NCBI GenBank assembly: GCA_951406725.2
Contig: OX597824.1
Coordinates: forward strand, 69,068,001 to 69,132,000
Length of the DNA: 64,000 nt
Direction: 5' to 3'
Source: Octopus vulgaris
Taxonomy: Eukaryota
Part shown: positions 14,031-39,950 of the stretch, in pieces
How positions within the stretch are numbered: the stretch's first letter is position 1
How the letters are laid out: each line of letters opens with the position of its first letter
Translations under genes and position numbers: made by a program
Notes under the pieces: model-generated
The model's input: the letters and a program-made list of their open reading frames with translations, nothing else
Told to the model about the DNA's origin: nothing
The model's database searches: none

Positions 14031-14419
14031 GCAGACGCGTGGCCTAGTGGTTAAGGTATTGCACTCACAATAACAAGATGTTTGTTTTGATTCCCGGACC
14101 GGGTGGTGCATTGTGAACACAGGCAAAACACTTCATTTCACATTACTTCATTCCACTCTGCTGGAAATGGATAATCTGCCAACGGACCATCGTACCGTCC
14201 AGAGTGAACGTTGTGATCTCGGTCACTTATACGTTATAGAAACCAAGTAATCAGCCACATGAGTCATATGATACTTACTTAATGCCCCACCCTAAAATTA
14301 AAGAAGGAAACTCCTTTGAGGGATCTTTTGTTTTCTAGCTGCGCTAACAATTTCTATTGCACAATGTTTATTTTTTATTTAAACCTTAAGCAGGAGATAT
14401 TCATAAATGTTATTCAGTT

Positions 14420-14765
14420 ACTATTTTCAGTCATAGTACTGCGGCCACACTGGGGCACTGCCTTGAGCAAATTGACTGCAGTACTTACTTTTTAAAGAAT
14501 TTAAAACTTAAGTCTCTTTTGCCGAACTGTTAAATTACACAGAGATAAGGAAACTATCACAGGTTGTCAAGCTGTGGAAGAACAAATACAAATACACTTT
14601 CATATACAATCCCTACTTCCACGCAGTTTCCGTCAACTAAAATTCCTCTCAAGGTATTGCTCGGTCCTGGGTTATACTAAAACCCATTTGCACAAGCTGC
14701 AGCGCCGTGGAATTGAAACTGAATTACGTTGTTGCGAAGTCAACTTTTAACCAGTCAGCCATGCC
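14420..14765 (-). mobile_element. Degenerate SINE family A
   Basis: tttcagtcatagtactgcggcca...ttttgccgaac...cagtttccgtc. Confidence 0.65.
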
Positions 14766-14768
14766 GTG

Positions 14769-14990
14769 TACAAAAAGTGTGCTGAAAAGTTTCTGGCTTT
14801 GGACAAAAGAAAATATAGGAGGATCAGTTAATTATGACTTTATTCAACATATTCTCTTCCCAGATTCACAAACTTATTGCAGCGGTCCTTCAGTTTTTCT
14901 AAGTCCTGTAAAAGAATTCAGAAGGTTGGGCCTCCAGCCGAGCCTTTAGCGACACCCTTAAAGCCAGGAACTTTTCAGCAACCTCTCGTA
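14769..14990. mobile_element. Mariner-type MITE, ~222 bp
   Basis: TIRs tacaaaaagtgtgctgaaaagtttctggcttt and aaagccaggaacttttcagcaacctctcgta; TA termini. Confidence 0.8.
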
Positions 14991-15189
14991 TTTAGTCAGA
15001 GAACTCATTTCTGATTTATTATCCTCAGCCATATTGTTACAATATCGTTTGTGTAATTAATTGCTAGAACTGAGGTACGTTTTCAAACTTTTCGCTCTTT
15101 CAGGGAGTTATTTTCTTGTAACTATTTAGATAATGTCTAGTAAATATAAAATCGATATCAGTAGCAAAACAGTATCTTTTCAATATGTA

Positions 15190-15680
15190 CTAGTCAGACT
15201 TAGAGGATTTTTTCTTTAGAGATGGCCGTTTACTTTGACCATTGAGTAATCACTGTTGTCCAAAGCTATGATTCAGACACTGAAAGTGGCTGAATGAAAA
15301 TGGATCCGAAAGCGGCTGCTTTTGGAACAGCAGTTAAGTAGCAGTAGCCGACCCTGTTGAAAGATTTCCATTGATCCAAACAGATCAGGACGTCACCGAA
15401 ACAGCTATGTTACTAATTGCTTCTATGACGTGTCCTATGAGTTAGAGGTTGTTGTATATAGATCTATTAGGGATCGCATATATTTGAGAATTTCCGACAA
15501 AACCACATATGACCAGCGCCAACATTCTTACCACCACCTTGCTCACAAGTTTAAGCTCTGCATTTAGCAGGATTACGAGCCGTAAATTCTCAATACTATA
15601 TTCATTGATGGTTACCTCCCACAGCAACACTACCACACGCAGGATCACAGAACTGGAAATTCTTCCGTTCTAGTGGTAGT
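15190..15680 (-). pseudogene. L1/Tx1-clade LINE reverse transcriptase fragment
   Basis: NLRLVILLNAELKLVSKVVVRMLALV...QIYAIPNRSIYNNL followed by LICLDQWKSFNRV and VKVNGHL match the RPIxLLN, QxxxxPxRSIxDN and LDQxKAFDRV RT motifs. Confidence 0.75.
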
Positions 15681-15697
15681 TGTAAGAAATAATAACA

Positions 15698-15766
<69 letters not shown>

Positions 15767-15784
15767 TTTTCTATATTTTCATGA

Positions 15785-17372
<1,588 letters not shown>

Positions 17373-17394
17373 TAATAATAATAATAATAATTTC

Positions 17395-17600
17395 TACTAT
17401 CAACACAAAGACTGAAATTCGAGGCAGGAAATAATCGAATTCATCGACCTCAGTAGTTGATTGGTACTTAATTTATTGACACCGAAAGAATGAAAGCTAA
17501 AGTCGACTTCGGCGGATTTTGAACTCAGAACGTAGCTCCAGACGAAATACCTCTAAGGATTCGCCCGGCGTGCAAACGATTTTGCCAGCGCCCCGCCTTT
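17395..17600 (-). mobile_element. SINE family D
   Basis: aagtcgacttcggcggattttgaactcagaacgt. Confidence 0.85.
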
Positions 17601-17625
17601 AATAACAACAACAACAACAACAATA

Positions 17626-18167
17626 CCCTGATGCAGTGCCGGGCAGTGGCTTTCATGGCTTCTCATCTTAACTGATTGGAACTGTTATCATGTATATTGA
17701 TTTATCTCGGCATAAGAGATGGGCTACAGCAAATATTCTGCTCAATACCACAGATTTGCTTGTCAGTTGTTTGACCTTAAACAAGTTGAGCATGTCCTTT
17801 AGTGGCTGACGATATGTGCATATCTGATAACGAGCAGATGTAGGGCGGGAGAATCATAGCCGTGTGTTGATGAGAGGAATTCTTTGGCGTTTGGATTATT
17901 CATCTTTGGAAATATAGGTATTTTGTTCAACATCCTTAAACAACCTTTATTCGGGGACATTTTGAGCGGGATGGGCTACTCGACCAGAAGGAAAATCTAA
18001 CTGGGCCCCACATACAAGCGCAGTTAATCTTGATATGAGATCACCATGTCATGCACATATGGTTGTGATGCAGTAATGATGGGTATACTGGGCTTCGTAT
18101 ATTTTACCGCAGTGTCACTTTGATGGCATGCACTGCCCTCTCACTCAATAATGATAATAATAATAAT
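17626..18167 (+). mobile_element. ~550-bp non-coding interspersed repeat ending in (AAT)n, copy 2
   Basis: Shares gcaaatattctgctcaataccac, ctaactgggccccac and cagtgtcactttgatggcat with copy 1. Confidence 0.75.
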
Positions 18168-18169
18168 AT

Positions 18170-18385
18170 TGGTTTCAAATTTTGCCACAAGGGCAGCATT
18201 TTTGGAGCAGAGGATAAGTTGGTTTTATCAACTCCAGTGTTTTACAAGTACTTTTTTTATCTACACCGAAAGGAAGAAAAGTAAAATCGACCTCAGCAGA
18301 ATGTGAACTCAGAACGTAGCGGCGGACGAAATACCGCTAAGCATTTTATCCAGTGCGCTAGCGATTTTGCCACCTCGCCTCCTTA
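18170..18385 (-). mobile_element. SINE family D, diverged
   Basis: gaactcagaacgtagcggcggacgaaataccgctaagcattt. Confidence 0.8.
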
Positions 18386-18389
18386 CAAA

Positions 18390-29830
<11,441 letters not shown>

Positions 29831-30159
29831 AAATTCTCTGTGCGAGAAAATGCTATAGCTTACAAACGGTTTATCTCACATAGCGATGTCACGGAGAAAA
29901 CAGTCAATTCACTGTTAATTCACTGTTAAGATTATAAGATACACGAGCCATTAGGAGAACTAACACCGGACGTATTCCCGTCTTATTCTGACCTCGTCAG
30001 TGAAATAGTCTTTTCACAGTAATTTTATTTATTATACTAAGAAGATAGAGAAAGAATTATTTACCAGAAATGATTATGTTTACTTTTTCTTTGAATTGTT
30101 TGAAAAATAAAGGCTTCTGCGAAACCATCAACATAAAGAACAATGTCGCAGGAATACTC

Positions 30160-30300
30160 ATTTGTTGCCAGCTGAGTGTGCTGGAGCGATGTACAATGGT
30201 GAGTTTTACTTAAGAACACAGCGCATCGCCCGGTCCAGGAATCGAAGCCATAACCTCTCGATCACGAGTCTAACACCCTAACCACTAAGCCAAGCGCCTC
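30160..30300 (-). mobile_element. SINE family B head fragment
   Basis: ggaatcgaa...ccctaaccactaagccaagcgcctc. Confidence 0.7.
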
Positions 30301-30539
30301 TATCTTGAGGTGTGTGTTTCGGCCTTAAAATATCGTAGAAGCCCAGCACAACGATCGATGGGAACGACTAAATCTATTCCAATAAAATTACTGACCATTA
30401 GACTCATTAGAGCATCGGAATAAACATGCTTCGTGGCACTTCTTTCGGATCATTATATGCTGATAGCAAATCTCACCGAGTTCAACTTTCCTTTTTAACC
30501 TGTTGGTCTCAATCAAATAGAGTATCTGTCAACTATTCT

Positions 30540-32100
30540 TTTCTATTCTAGGCAAAAGGCCCGAAAATTTTTTGGGTGGGAGGGGGCTAGTCGATTAGAT
30601 CGAACCTACTACGCAACTGGCTCTTAATTTATCGACCCCGAAAGGATGAATGGCGAAGTCGACCTCGGCGGAATTTGAATTCAGAACCTAATTACAGACG
30701 AAATACCTATTTCTTTACTACCCACAAGAAAGGACAAACAAGGACAGACAAACGGATTAGGTCGATTACATCTACCAGTGTGTAACTGGTACTTAATTTA
30801 TCGACCCTGAAAATATGAAAAGCAAAGTCGACCTCGGCGGAATTTGAACTCAGAACGTAACGGCAGACGAAATACGGCTACGCATTTCGCCCGGCATGCT
30901 AACGTTTCTTATTTCTTTATTGCCTTCAAGAAGCTAAACATAGAGGGGACAAACAAGGACGGACAAAGGGATTAAGTCGATTATATTGACCCCAGTGCGT
31001 ACATGGTACTTAATTTATCGACCCCGAAAGGATGAAAGGCAAAGTCGACCTCGGCGGAATTTGAACTCAGAACGTAGCGGCAGACGAAATACCGATAGGC
31101 ATTTCGCCCGGCATGCTAACGTTTCTTATTTCTTTATTTCCCTCAAGAGGCTAAACACAGAGGGGACAAACAAGGACGGACAAAGTGATTAAGTGGATTA
31201 CATCGATCCCAGTGCGTACCTGGTACTTAATTTATCGACCACGAGAGTATGAAAGGCAAAGTCGACCTCGACGGAATTTGAACTCAGAACGTAATTACAG
31301 ACGAAATACCTATTTGTTTACTACCCACAAGGGGTTAAACACAGAGGGGACAAACAAGGACAGACAAATGGATTAAGTTGATTATATCGACCCCAGTGCA
31401 TAACTGGTACTTATTTAATCAACCCCGAAAAGATGAAAGGTAAAGTCGACCTCGGAAGGATTTGAACATGCGGCAGACGAAATACTACTAAGCATTTCGC
31501 CCGGCGTGCTAACGTTTCTGCCAGCTCGCTGCCTTCTTGACAGTTATTTCTTTGACCCTGGAAGGATGAAAGGCAAAATTAAACTATGTGGAATATGAAG
31601 TCTGAACGTAAAAATGGACGAAATGTCGCTAAGCATTTGGTTTGGTATGATAACGATTTTGACAACTTGCCGCCTTAATAATCCATTTTGCTCTAGGCAC
31701 AAGGCCTAAAATTATTGGAGTGAGGGTAATTAATTACATCAACCCCAGTGTCTAACACTTATTGCATCGACCACGGTGGAATTTGAACTTCGAACATAAA
31801 GAATGACGAAATGCCACTGACCATTTTTGTCCAGGATGCGAACGTATCTGGCTGATCGCTGCCTTAACAAGAATAACAATAACAATTTCTATCATGGATA
31901 TCAGACCTGAAATTCTGGGTGAGGGGCTAGTCGATTACATCGAACCCAGCACTTAACTGACACTTATTTCATCGATCCAGGGAGGACGAAAGGCAAAGTC
32001 GACCTCGGCAGCATTTGAACTCAGAACATAAAGACGGTCGAAATACCGTTGAGTATTTTGACCGGAGTGCTAACGATTCTTCTAGCTTTCCACCTTTAAA
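30540..32100 (-). mobile_element. Tandem multimer and cluster of SINE family D (about 5 linked units plus 3 older copies)
   Basis: aagtcgacctcg repeated at ~30656, 30825, 31042, 31259, 31443 and 31996. Confidence 0.9.
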
Positions 32101-32951
32101 TCTCTGTCATAATAATAGTAATGGTAATAATTTCAAATCAATAACAATCACCATGCTAAAAAAAACTATATCGTAAAGCTAAAATCATAGACACTCCTTT
32201 TCCTTGTAATCAGTTATTGCTTTTCTACATCTTGTATAAACTCCGTATTAGGGTCCAATTTCTGCTCTCCCTAACTATCACAGATTTAAGTCCACCCATT
32301 GACATTTTCACGTCCAGCCACGAGTTTCTTCGACTTCAAATGGTCACTCTCATATGACCTTATTAGCTACTTTTAGCTACTTATCAGGGGTTTTTTTTAT
32401 ATCGTTACGCTACTGGTTCAGGCGTATGGTTTTACGACCCTCAAACCATAATTTCAATCCCTGATGCGGGTAGCAACTTGTGACTATAACACTACATTTT
32501 GCGTTGTTTCTGTCTAGTCGACTGTAATGAGTAAGTATAACTCGTGCCCTGGAGCAGCTGTCTCTTCTTCTAACCTCCCAGCTGTCTCCTCATCGATGTT
32601 CCTCTAAAGAGCTGAAAGGGTGTCTATGTCAAATAGTGGAGCCGAAATCGATAGGCGAAAGCATTGTAATGTGTCACCAAATCATACTCGCACGCGAGTG
32701 ACGGCTGGTTATACCTTACTTTGCTTTGCTCAATGAATATAGATAATTAACGCGCACTATCACCAGCACCGCCACCAACAACCACCACAACCATCACCAC
32801 CATCACCACCATCACCACCACCATCATCATGTCTTTGGATATATTCCATAACCAAAAATGACGTAATCTATTGTTTCTTTTTTTTAATACACAAATTTAT
32901 TTTTTCTTTAGTCAATAGTAGCAGAGGTTAGCTTTCTTTATTATATTACTA

Positions 32952-33004
<53 letters not shown>

Positions 33005-33395
33005 CTAGACATTGATCTAGTGCAGGTCTTCCGTTTCTGCCTTTAGTCCAAACCTTTTAAAGCATTGTTGGTATTCATAGCGCCTTACTTCCTCCCTGTC
33101 CAGTCTTGCAGGATGATGAACACGAGGTGTATTTTACTCTCCGACGTTTTTCGTCTTTCATACAACTTCGCGTTTTCGTTTTGATGTCCTTTGTTTTGTT
33201 TCTATATTTTGTGTATTTTCCTTTTTTCCACACACACACACACACACACATACACACACATACATACAAAGTTTTTGTTGTTTTGTTCAAAAGTATACCG
33301 TTCCCCCGACAGACTATTTAGTATTAAGGTAGTACAGTTTGTTTACACACACGCTTGTACACATACATACAAGTACATACATCAACACAAATATG

Positions 33396-33472
<77 letters not shown>

Positions 33473-33531
33473 ACCAAATTTTCAAAGCAATGTATATATA
33501 CACACACACATATACATATATGTATGTATGC

Positions 33532-33583
<52 letters not shown>

Positions 33584-33974
33584 GCGTATGTGTGTGTGTG
33601 TGTGTGTGTGTAAATAATATAGTTACGGTTCTCTTTTTCACTATTTTCTAATATTGCACAAACAAGTTTCTATTTTTCTTGTTTCTAAGTATTTTCCAGG
33701 ACCGATCATAACTATCAGCTCCTGAGTACCATTTCCTCCTTCTCTTCTTCTCCTTCCTCCCATTCTCTTCACCTTGTAGCCCTTGTGTGTGTGTGTATTA
33801 ACTATAATTCTGCCTCGAACAGCATCGTCGGTGTTAAGTCAATGATGAGAGCTGGTAGATATGGTTCTGTAATGTTCCGAATTGCCTTGCAATAGTTAGA
33901 GCCATTCCTTTCATGTCCCGGTTTCAATTTCCGCAGTCAAAATTTGAAACTATTTTTATTATTCTTTCAGAAAG

Positions 33975-34320
33975 CGGGTCAGCTGGCAGAATCGTTAGCA
34001 CGCCGGGCAAGATGTTTAGCGCGTTACGTTCTGAGTTCAAATTCCGCCGAAGTCGACTTTGCCTTTCCTCTCTTCGATGAAATAAGTACCAGTTACGCAC
34101 TGGAGTTGATGTAATCGATTAGTTTCCTCCACACCTCCCTCGAAATTTCAAGCCTTGTGCCTATAGCAGAAAGGATTGTTTTAATACTCCGCCGAGGTCA
34201 GATTTGTCTTGCGTCTTTTCGAGATCGATAAAATAAGCACCAATTAATCACTGGAATCGATGTTATCGACTTACCCTCTCCTTCAAAATTGCTGGCCTTG
34301 TTCAAAATTTGAAACCATGA
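33975..34320 (+). mobile_element. SINE family D, one full plus one partial copy
   Basis: agctggcagaatcgttagcacgccgggc...gagttcaaattccgccgaagtcgac. Confidence 0.85.
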
Positions 34321-35029
34321 TTATTATTTTGTTAATATCAACAGCAACAATAATAATAATGCTGTGTGGAAGTAGAACACCCCTATTGGTTGGCTCCTAA
34401 TGGACCGTGCCACAATATAAATCGACATGCGCAGAGAGCCTTCAGCGTAGTGTAAAGCCGATAATTGTCGAGGGTTATTACCAGTATCTTGAGTAGAATG
34501 ATTCGCAAGGACATTATTATTATTATTATTATCCCGTTATATCGTACGTCGAACGTGCGATACAACAAATAACGAGGCAACTGAAGCAGCCTATAAGCAC
34601 ATCCTACTATTTTCATAAAATCTACAGTAAGGTACAATCAGTCATAACTCACGAACGAGTATGACACGTGTAATTGTATCACGTTGTCGCTGTTTCAGGT
34701 GCCTACGCAGATGCGATCGGACGTAGAAACACGCTGACTTTTCGGACTTGATCGAATAGAGAATCGTGTAAGTGACCGCTGGATGGAGAGAAGGCTGTAC
34801 ATGCATTTATACACATTAGATTAGACTGATACGCATTAGATCTTTCTTGGCCTGGAGGTGAAAATCTAGATGAAATGAAGTGCCTTACTCAAGTATACAA
34901 CGTATCAACAGGTCAAAGAATTGAACGCGTGTTCATATGATTATCAGCCGAATGCCCCTAACCACTAGGCTTCATACTTCCCATATTACTGATTGTACAT
35001 AAGGTAATGTAGATATAGATCCACCGCAA

Positions 35030-35412
35030 AATACTGACCTTTTGCTGGCGTAGTGAGTTGTGTACCTCAATAATTTCGTAAGCCACCCCAGTCGAGCGTA
35101 ATCTCCTGGCAGTGCCTCCCCTGCTGAACAGGTCAAAGGATAGAGGTCAGATTAGCATGGATCACCTATTTCCAAAGGTAAGGATGGGTTTGCTTTGAGA
35201 AAGCATCCTTACCTAGAAAAAACCCCATAGTTACAGAACCGTTGATGACAATTCAAAACAATACCTTGGTGAGGAAGGACTTTCCTCAGGGAAACATATG
35301 TCAGTGCTGAAAAAGCAGCAATTCAACTGGAGGGAAGCAGAAACGCAGCACAGTGGAGAAAAGTCGTCGATGGTTTACGCTCTAAAGGGATCGAAGAGCT
35401 TCAGTGAATAAG
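35030..35412 (+). mobile_element. Internally deleted RTE-clade-like non-autonomous retroelement
   Basis: 5' part resembles RTE 5' UTRs (caggtcaaaggatagagg...cctagaaaaaa...gttacagaa); 3' part translates to QWRKVVDGLRS, like RTE ORF C-termini; recognition from memory. Confidence 0.45.
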
Positions 35413-35428
35413 AAATGTTGGTATAGAC

Positions 35429-36138
35429 CAGTGATTCTCAGCCGGGTCCACATGTCCCCACAGGGTCCATATAAATCTTTGTTGGGGTTCACACAAGGAA
35501 AATAGCAAGTTGGGGATCCACAGTAATGTGTTAAGTGTCCACGAAAAGGTTTTGATTTAGATATATTTATTGCAAGAAACCGCTAGGGTTTCTTTCCAAA
35601 ACGTTTTACATCGTTCAAAGTACACAAGTAACTGTGTAAGTAACAAAATAGAACTTTTGAAAAAGTATCGGTGCTACTTTGGCGTGTGATCTGAAACCCA
35701 AATGGTTATTAAGTTAGGTAATTTTTAGTTTACTTTTCAATTTCTAAAAAGACTTAACATGTTGGCTACAGATTTTTTACAATAAATTCTATTGTACATA
35801 CTTAGCATTATAAATGTATTTTTACAAAAATCTTACTATTTCATTTATGCCTTAGTAAATAATAAGAAGAAACCAAGAATAAAGAATATAATAACTAAAA
35901 TAAGCGCGTAGACCGCACAAGTTTGACAGCCGTGAATCTTCGAGAGGAAGGACTTTCCTCGGGGAAACAACTAACCTAAATTAATCGCCCTTGAAGTTGT
36001 AGATCACACGCCAAAGTAGCATCAAAGTATCTATGAAACTAGATTTGAAATATCAAATGGCTGTGGCGGGATGTCCACCGGAATAAAATACTAATGAAAG
36101 AGGTCCATAGGTTAAAAAAAAATGGTTGAGAACCCCTG
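35429..36138. mobile_element. hAT-like MITE hosting a nested insertion
   Basis: TIRs cagtgattctcagcc and ggttgagaacccctg; flanks gtatagac / atttaggt loosely fit an 8-bp NTxTAGxN target. Confidence 0.7.
35670..36023. mobile_element. Merlin-like MITE, 354 bp
   Basis: TIRs ggtgctactttggcgtgtgatct and agatcacacgccaaagtagcatc; perfect 8-bp TSD aaagtatc at 35662-35669 and 36024-36031; GG terminus. Confidence 0.8.
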
Positions 36139-36381
36139 ATTTAGGTTAGATAGTCTATGCCTGGATAAATGATCGGATAGTCGCGGGTGGGACGCTTTTA
36201 ATAAGTTTACGCTTACAGAGGCGATATGTGACTAAATATATACATACCAGTAATATCATGCATTTGTTTCAAATGCATCCAGCTATACACATCTCTTGTG
36301 TATTACTTTTGTTTAACCTCGCGTCAGATTTGATCTAGCAGGACATTGATCAAATGAGGTTCCGGCCATGACCGTTCCGTG

Positions 36382-36429
<48 letters not shown>

Positions 36430-36430
<1 letters not shown>

Positions 36431-36990
36431 CGGGAAGCTTTATGAAAATAAACAAAAGACGAAGGTAGGTGGAATACAAACAAACAATTGTATTAGTATG
36501 GCGCTCAGGAATATAAATAAAACAAGTCTTTTACGTTTCGAGCCTACGCTCTTCAACAGAAAGATACACAGAAAAGAAACACAGAAAGAAACAAGGAGAG
36601 AAAAAAATGCGTGCAGAGGCTAGCGAATCAACATGGCGATCTGATTTCGGCCAGAAGTCAAAGATCAAACGTGAGACGCAAGCGCGAAATTAGGGGAGAT
36701 AACAGGGTCAAATGACCTCGCCCCAACATAAGAGTGTGTGTGTGTATGAGAGAGTATGTAGTGCGTAGGAGAGGTCTGGACGTGTGTATGTATATATGAT
36801 GTGATGTGTAAAGTCGTATGGTGTAGTGTAGAGAGAGAAGATGAGAGGGAGAGGGGAGGAGGAGGGGTGTGTGTGTGTGTATGTGTGTGAGTGTGTGTGT
36901 GTGTATCTAGGGCTTTATGGTCCAATGTGTATCAGAGTAGGATACGATTTGAAGGAGAATAGGCTGCTATTTCTTGCAAATCGATTACCA
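36430..36990 (-). mobile_element. Probable Penelope-like element terminal fragment with hammerhead-like variant (36528-36563)
   Basis: Minus strand cttt-CTGTTGAA-gagc(gtag)gctc-GAAA-cg-TA-aaag; homolog at 8450; abuts (TA)n. Confidence 0.6.
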
Positions 36991-37065
36991 TTACTGGCTT
37001 CTTGGGTGCCACGTTTTCATGGTTGTCGTTGCTGTTATTGCTGTTATTGTTGTTGCTACTACAAT

Positions 37066-37173
<108 letters not shown>

Positions 37174-37838
37174 TAGTAATAATAATAATGCCGTCGCCGC
37201 GAGCCAAAGAAGGCATGTCTAAATGCTGAGCTGACCTCCTAGAAATAGCCGCTAAAGTTTCTTTAAATCGCGTTCCACCGTCTTAGAATGAGGAACTCAT
37301 TGATTAATGTAATGTGTTCCTAGGTTTCCAGCAGATAAGGAACAAATGGGTTCGTCATGGCTGGATTCCTTCGATCATGGGTTCGCTCGATAGGATCTGA
37401 CCTGGGGCTAACCAAGAGCAAAAATAGTAACTGCTGCTACTGCCAAGAATGACGGTGGTGGTGGCCACGACTGAGATGACGGCTGTGGCAACGGTAACGA
37501 TAAGGACGACAACGACAACGATGATGAAGATGATGATGAGGAGGAGGAGGATCTAGAGTAAAGGGAGGAGAAGGAGGTGCGGATGATGATGTTGATGATG
37601 ATGATGATCAAGAAGATGCTGAGCAAAGGCAGAAACAGAAGATGGCGGAGTAGATGATGATAATGACAATGACGATGACGAGGGCGACAACAGCGCTGAT
37701 GATGATGATGATGAAGATGATGATGATGAAGATGATGATGACGACGATAACACCATTATCGGTATTGCCACCACCTTAACCACCACCCAAGCACCACCAC
37801 CAACAACAACAACAATAACGTCAACATCAATAACAACG

Positions 37839-37914
<76 letters not shown>

Positions 37915-38496
37915 CTAGATATCCTTGCAATTATTCTTTCTGATAAATTTATGTTCACGCTTGTTTCGCTTCCTGTCTTTTTGAACGCTAATCAAAGAAG
38001 ATTGGCATTACAACGCCATCTGACGGCCAATCAAGGATCTAATATTGGATTTCAGTCATGGCGCCGATAGATACGATGGAGAAAAAAAAACATTTTTTGT
38101 ACAGAAATATTGGAGGTGGATCAGTGCATGCGTTATGATGGGTTTTATATTAATGCGCGTATATGTTGTGTGTGTGTGCGTGTGTGTGTGCGTGTGTGTG
38201 TATGTGTGTGTGTGTGTGTGTGTGTGAGTGTGTGTATGCATATGAAGTGGGTTGTATGTATGTGGTAATGCAGTTTATTCCTGTGTGTGTATATATTTGT
38301 ACGGCATTTATCTCTATTAGTATATATATATATACATGTATATGCATATATACATATATATGTATATATACATATATATATGCATATATATGTTTATATA
38401 CATATATATGTACGCATGCATGTATGCATATGTGCATGTGTATATATATATATATGTATATACATACATCTCTCTCTCTCTCTCTCTCTCTATATC

Positions 38497-38530
<34 letters not shown>

Positions 38531-38826
38531 GACATACAGAGGTGTATACATAACGTATGAATGCGTATGCGATTGTATTTATATATACAATATGTATGAA
38601 TATATTTCTGATTATATTCACTGACCGACATATACGCACATAACTGCGCACACGCGTATACATGCGCACACGCACACACAGACGCACATATACCTATATA
38701 CGTATGTATGTATATGTATTTATGTGTGTATGTGTACGTGTATTTATAAGCGTAAGTATATATAGATGAGCATTGTGCAAATATTGCATGTGCATTTATA
38801 TGTAATATACATATACACACGTATAG

Positions 38827-39012
38827 ATACACACACACGGCCACACACGCACACACACACATACATATACACACACAATCACCCAGTTAGGCATACATAT
38901 ATATATATATACATATACACACTCATAGATACACACACACACGGCCACACACGCACACACATACATACATATACACACACAATCACCCAGTTAGGCATAC
39001 ATATATATATAT
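38827..39012. repeat. ~100-bp local tandem duplication
   Basis: acggccacacacgc...aatcacccagttaggcatac occurs twice. Confidence 0.85.
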
Positions 39013-39065
39013 ATGACAGAATCACACATAAGTATAGACGATGTTTACATGTATATTTACGTGTG

Positions 39066-39116
<51 letters not shown>

Positions 39117-39563
39117 ATATGTATGTGCGTGTGGGTAATTCCTCACTTTCTTTATTTTCCCAATCCTTTCTCTTTTCTTCTTCCTCTTCTTTTTCGTCTT
39201 CCTCACCCCCTTCCTACTAGCATCTTTCATCCTTACTCTACCTCCTCCCTCGCCACAATCTATTTTTTTTTTTTAGCTTTTAATTTTCATTTATACATAC
39301 ATATATCACTGCTGCTGCTGCTGCTGTTGTTGTTGTTGTTGTTGTTGTTGTTTTAATGCCAAAAGACAAAAGAAAAAAAATATATAATATAAGGAAAATG
39401 GATCATTAGAGACGGATTTCAACCAAGTACATAATTGATATTCTTAATGTTTATCGGTCTTTGATGATGATGATGATGATGATGGTAGTGGTGATGAGGA
39501 GGAGAGGAGAAGGTGGAGGGTGGAGAAGATAACGTTGATGATGTCGATGATGATGATGATGAA

Positions 39564-39594
<31 letters not shown>

Positions 39595-39734
39595 CCGATG
39601 ATGATGACGACGACGATGATGATGATGACAAACGGTGATGATAATGATGACCGTGATGACGACGACGAGGACGATGATGATGATGATGAGGAGGAGGAGG
39701 ATGATGATGATGATGATGGTATTAATGATTATCC

Positions 39735-39950
39735 CTAAAGGCTGCGAGCTGGCAGAAACGTTAGCACGCCAGGCGAAATTCTTAGCGGTATTTCGTTGTC
39801 TTTACGTTTTGAGTTCAGATTCCGCCGAGGTCGACTTTGCCTTTTATCCTTTCGGGGTCGATAAATTAAGTGCCAGTTGCGTACTGGTGCCGACCTAATC
39901 GACGGGCTCCTTCCCACAAAATTTCGGCCTTGTGCCTAGAGTAGAAATAA
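39735..39950 (+). mobile_element. SINE family D, full monomer
   Basis: gagctggcagaaacgttagcacgcc...gcctttt atcctttcggggtcgataaattaag...gccttgtgcctagagtagaa. Confidence 0.9.

Noticed and set aside
30540-31540. Regularly spaced repeats suggesting a CRISPR array
   Set aside because: The intervening sequences are homologous to each other, the units are SINE-derived, the context is eukaryotic and there are no cas genes
33111-33126. Possible 15-nt microexon after tcttgcag
   Set aside because: Weak donor (gtgtat); not distinguishable from chance
34699-34767. 69-nt segment between tttcag and gtaagt (exon-like)
   Set aside because: Stop codons in all three frames; at most a non-coding exon, with no other support
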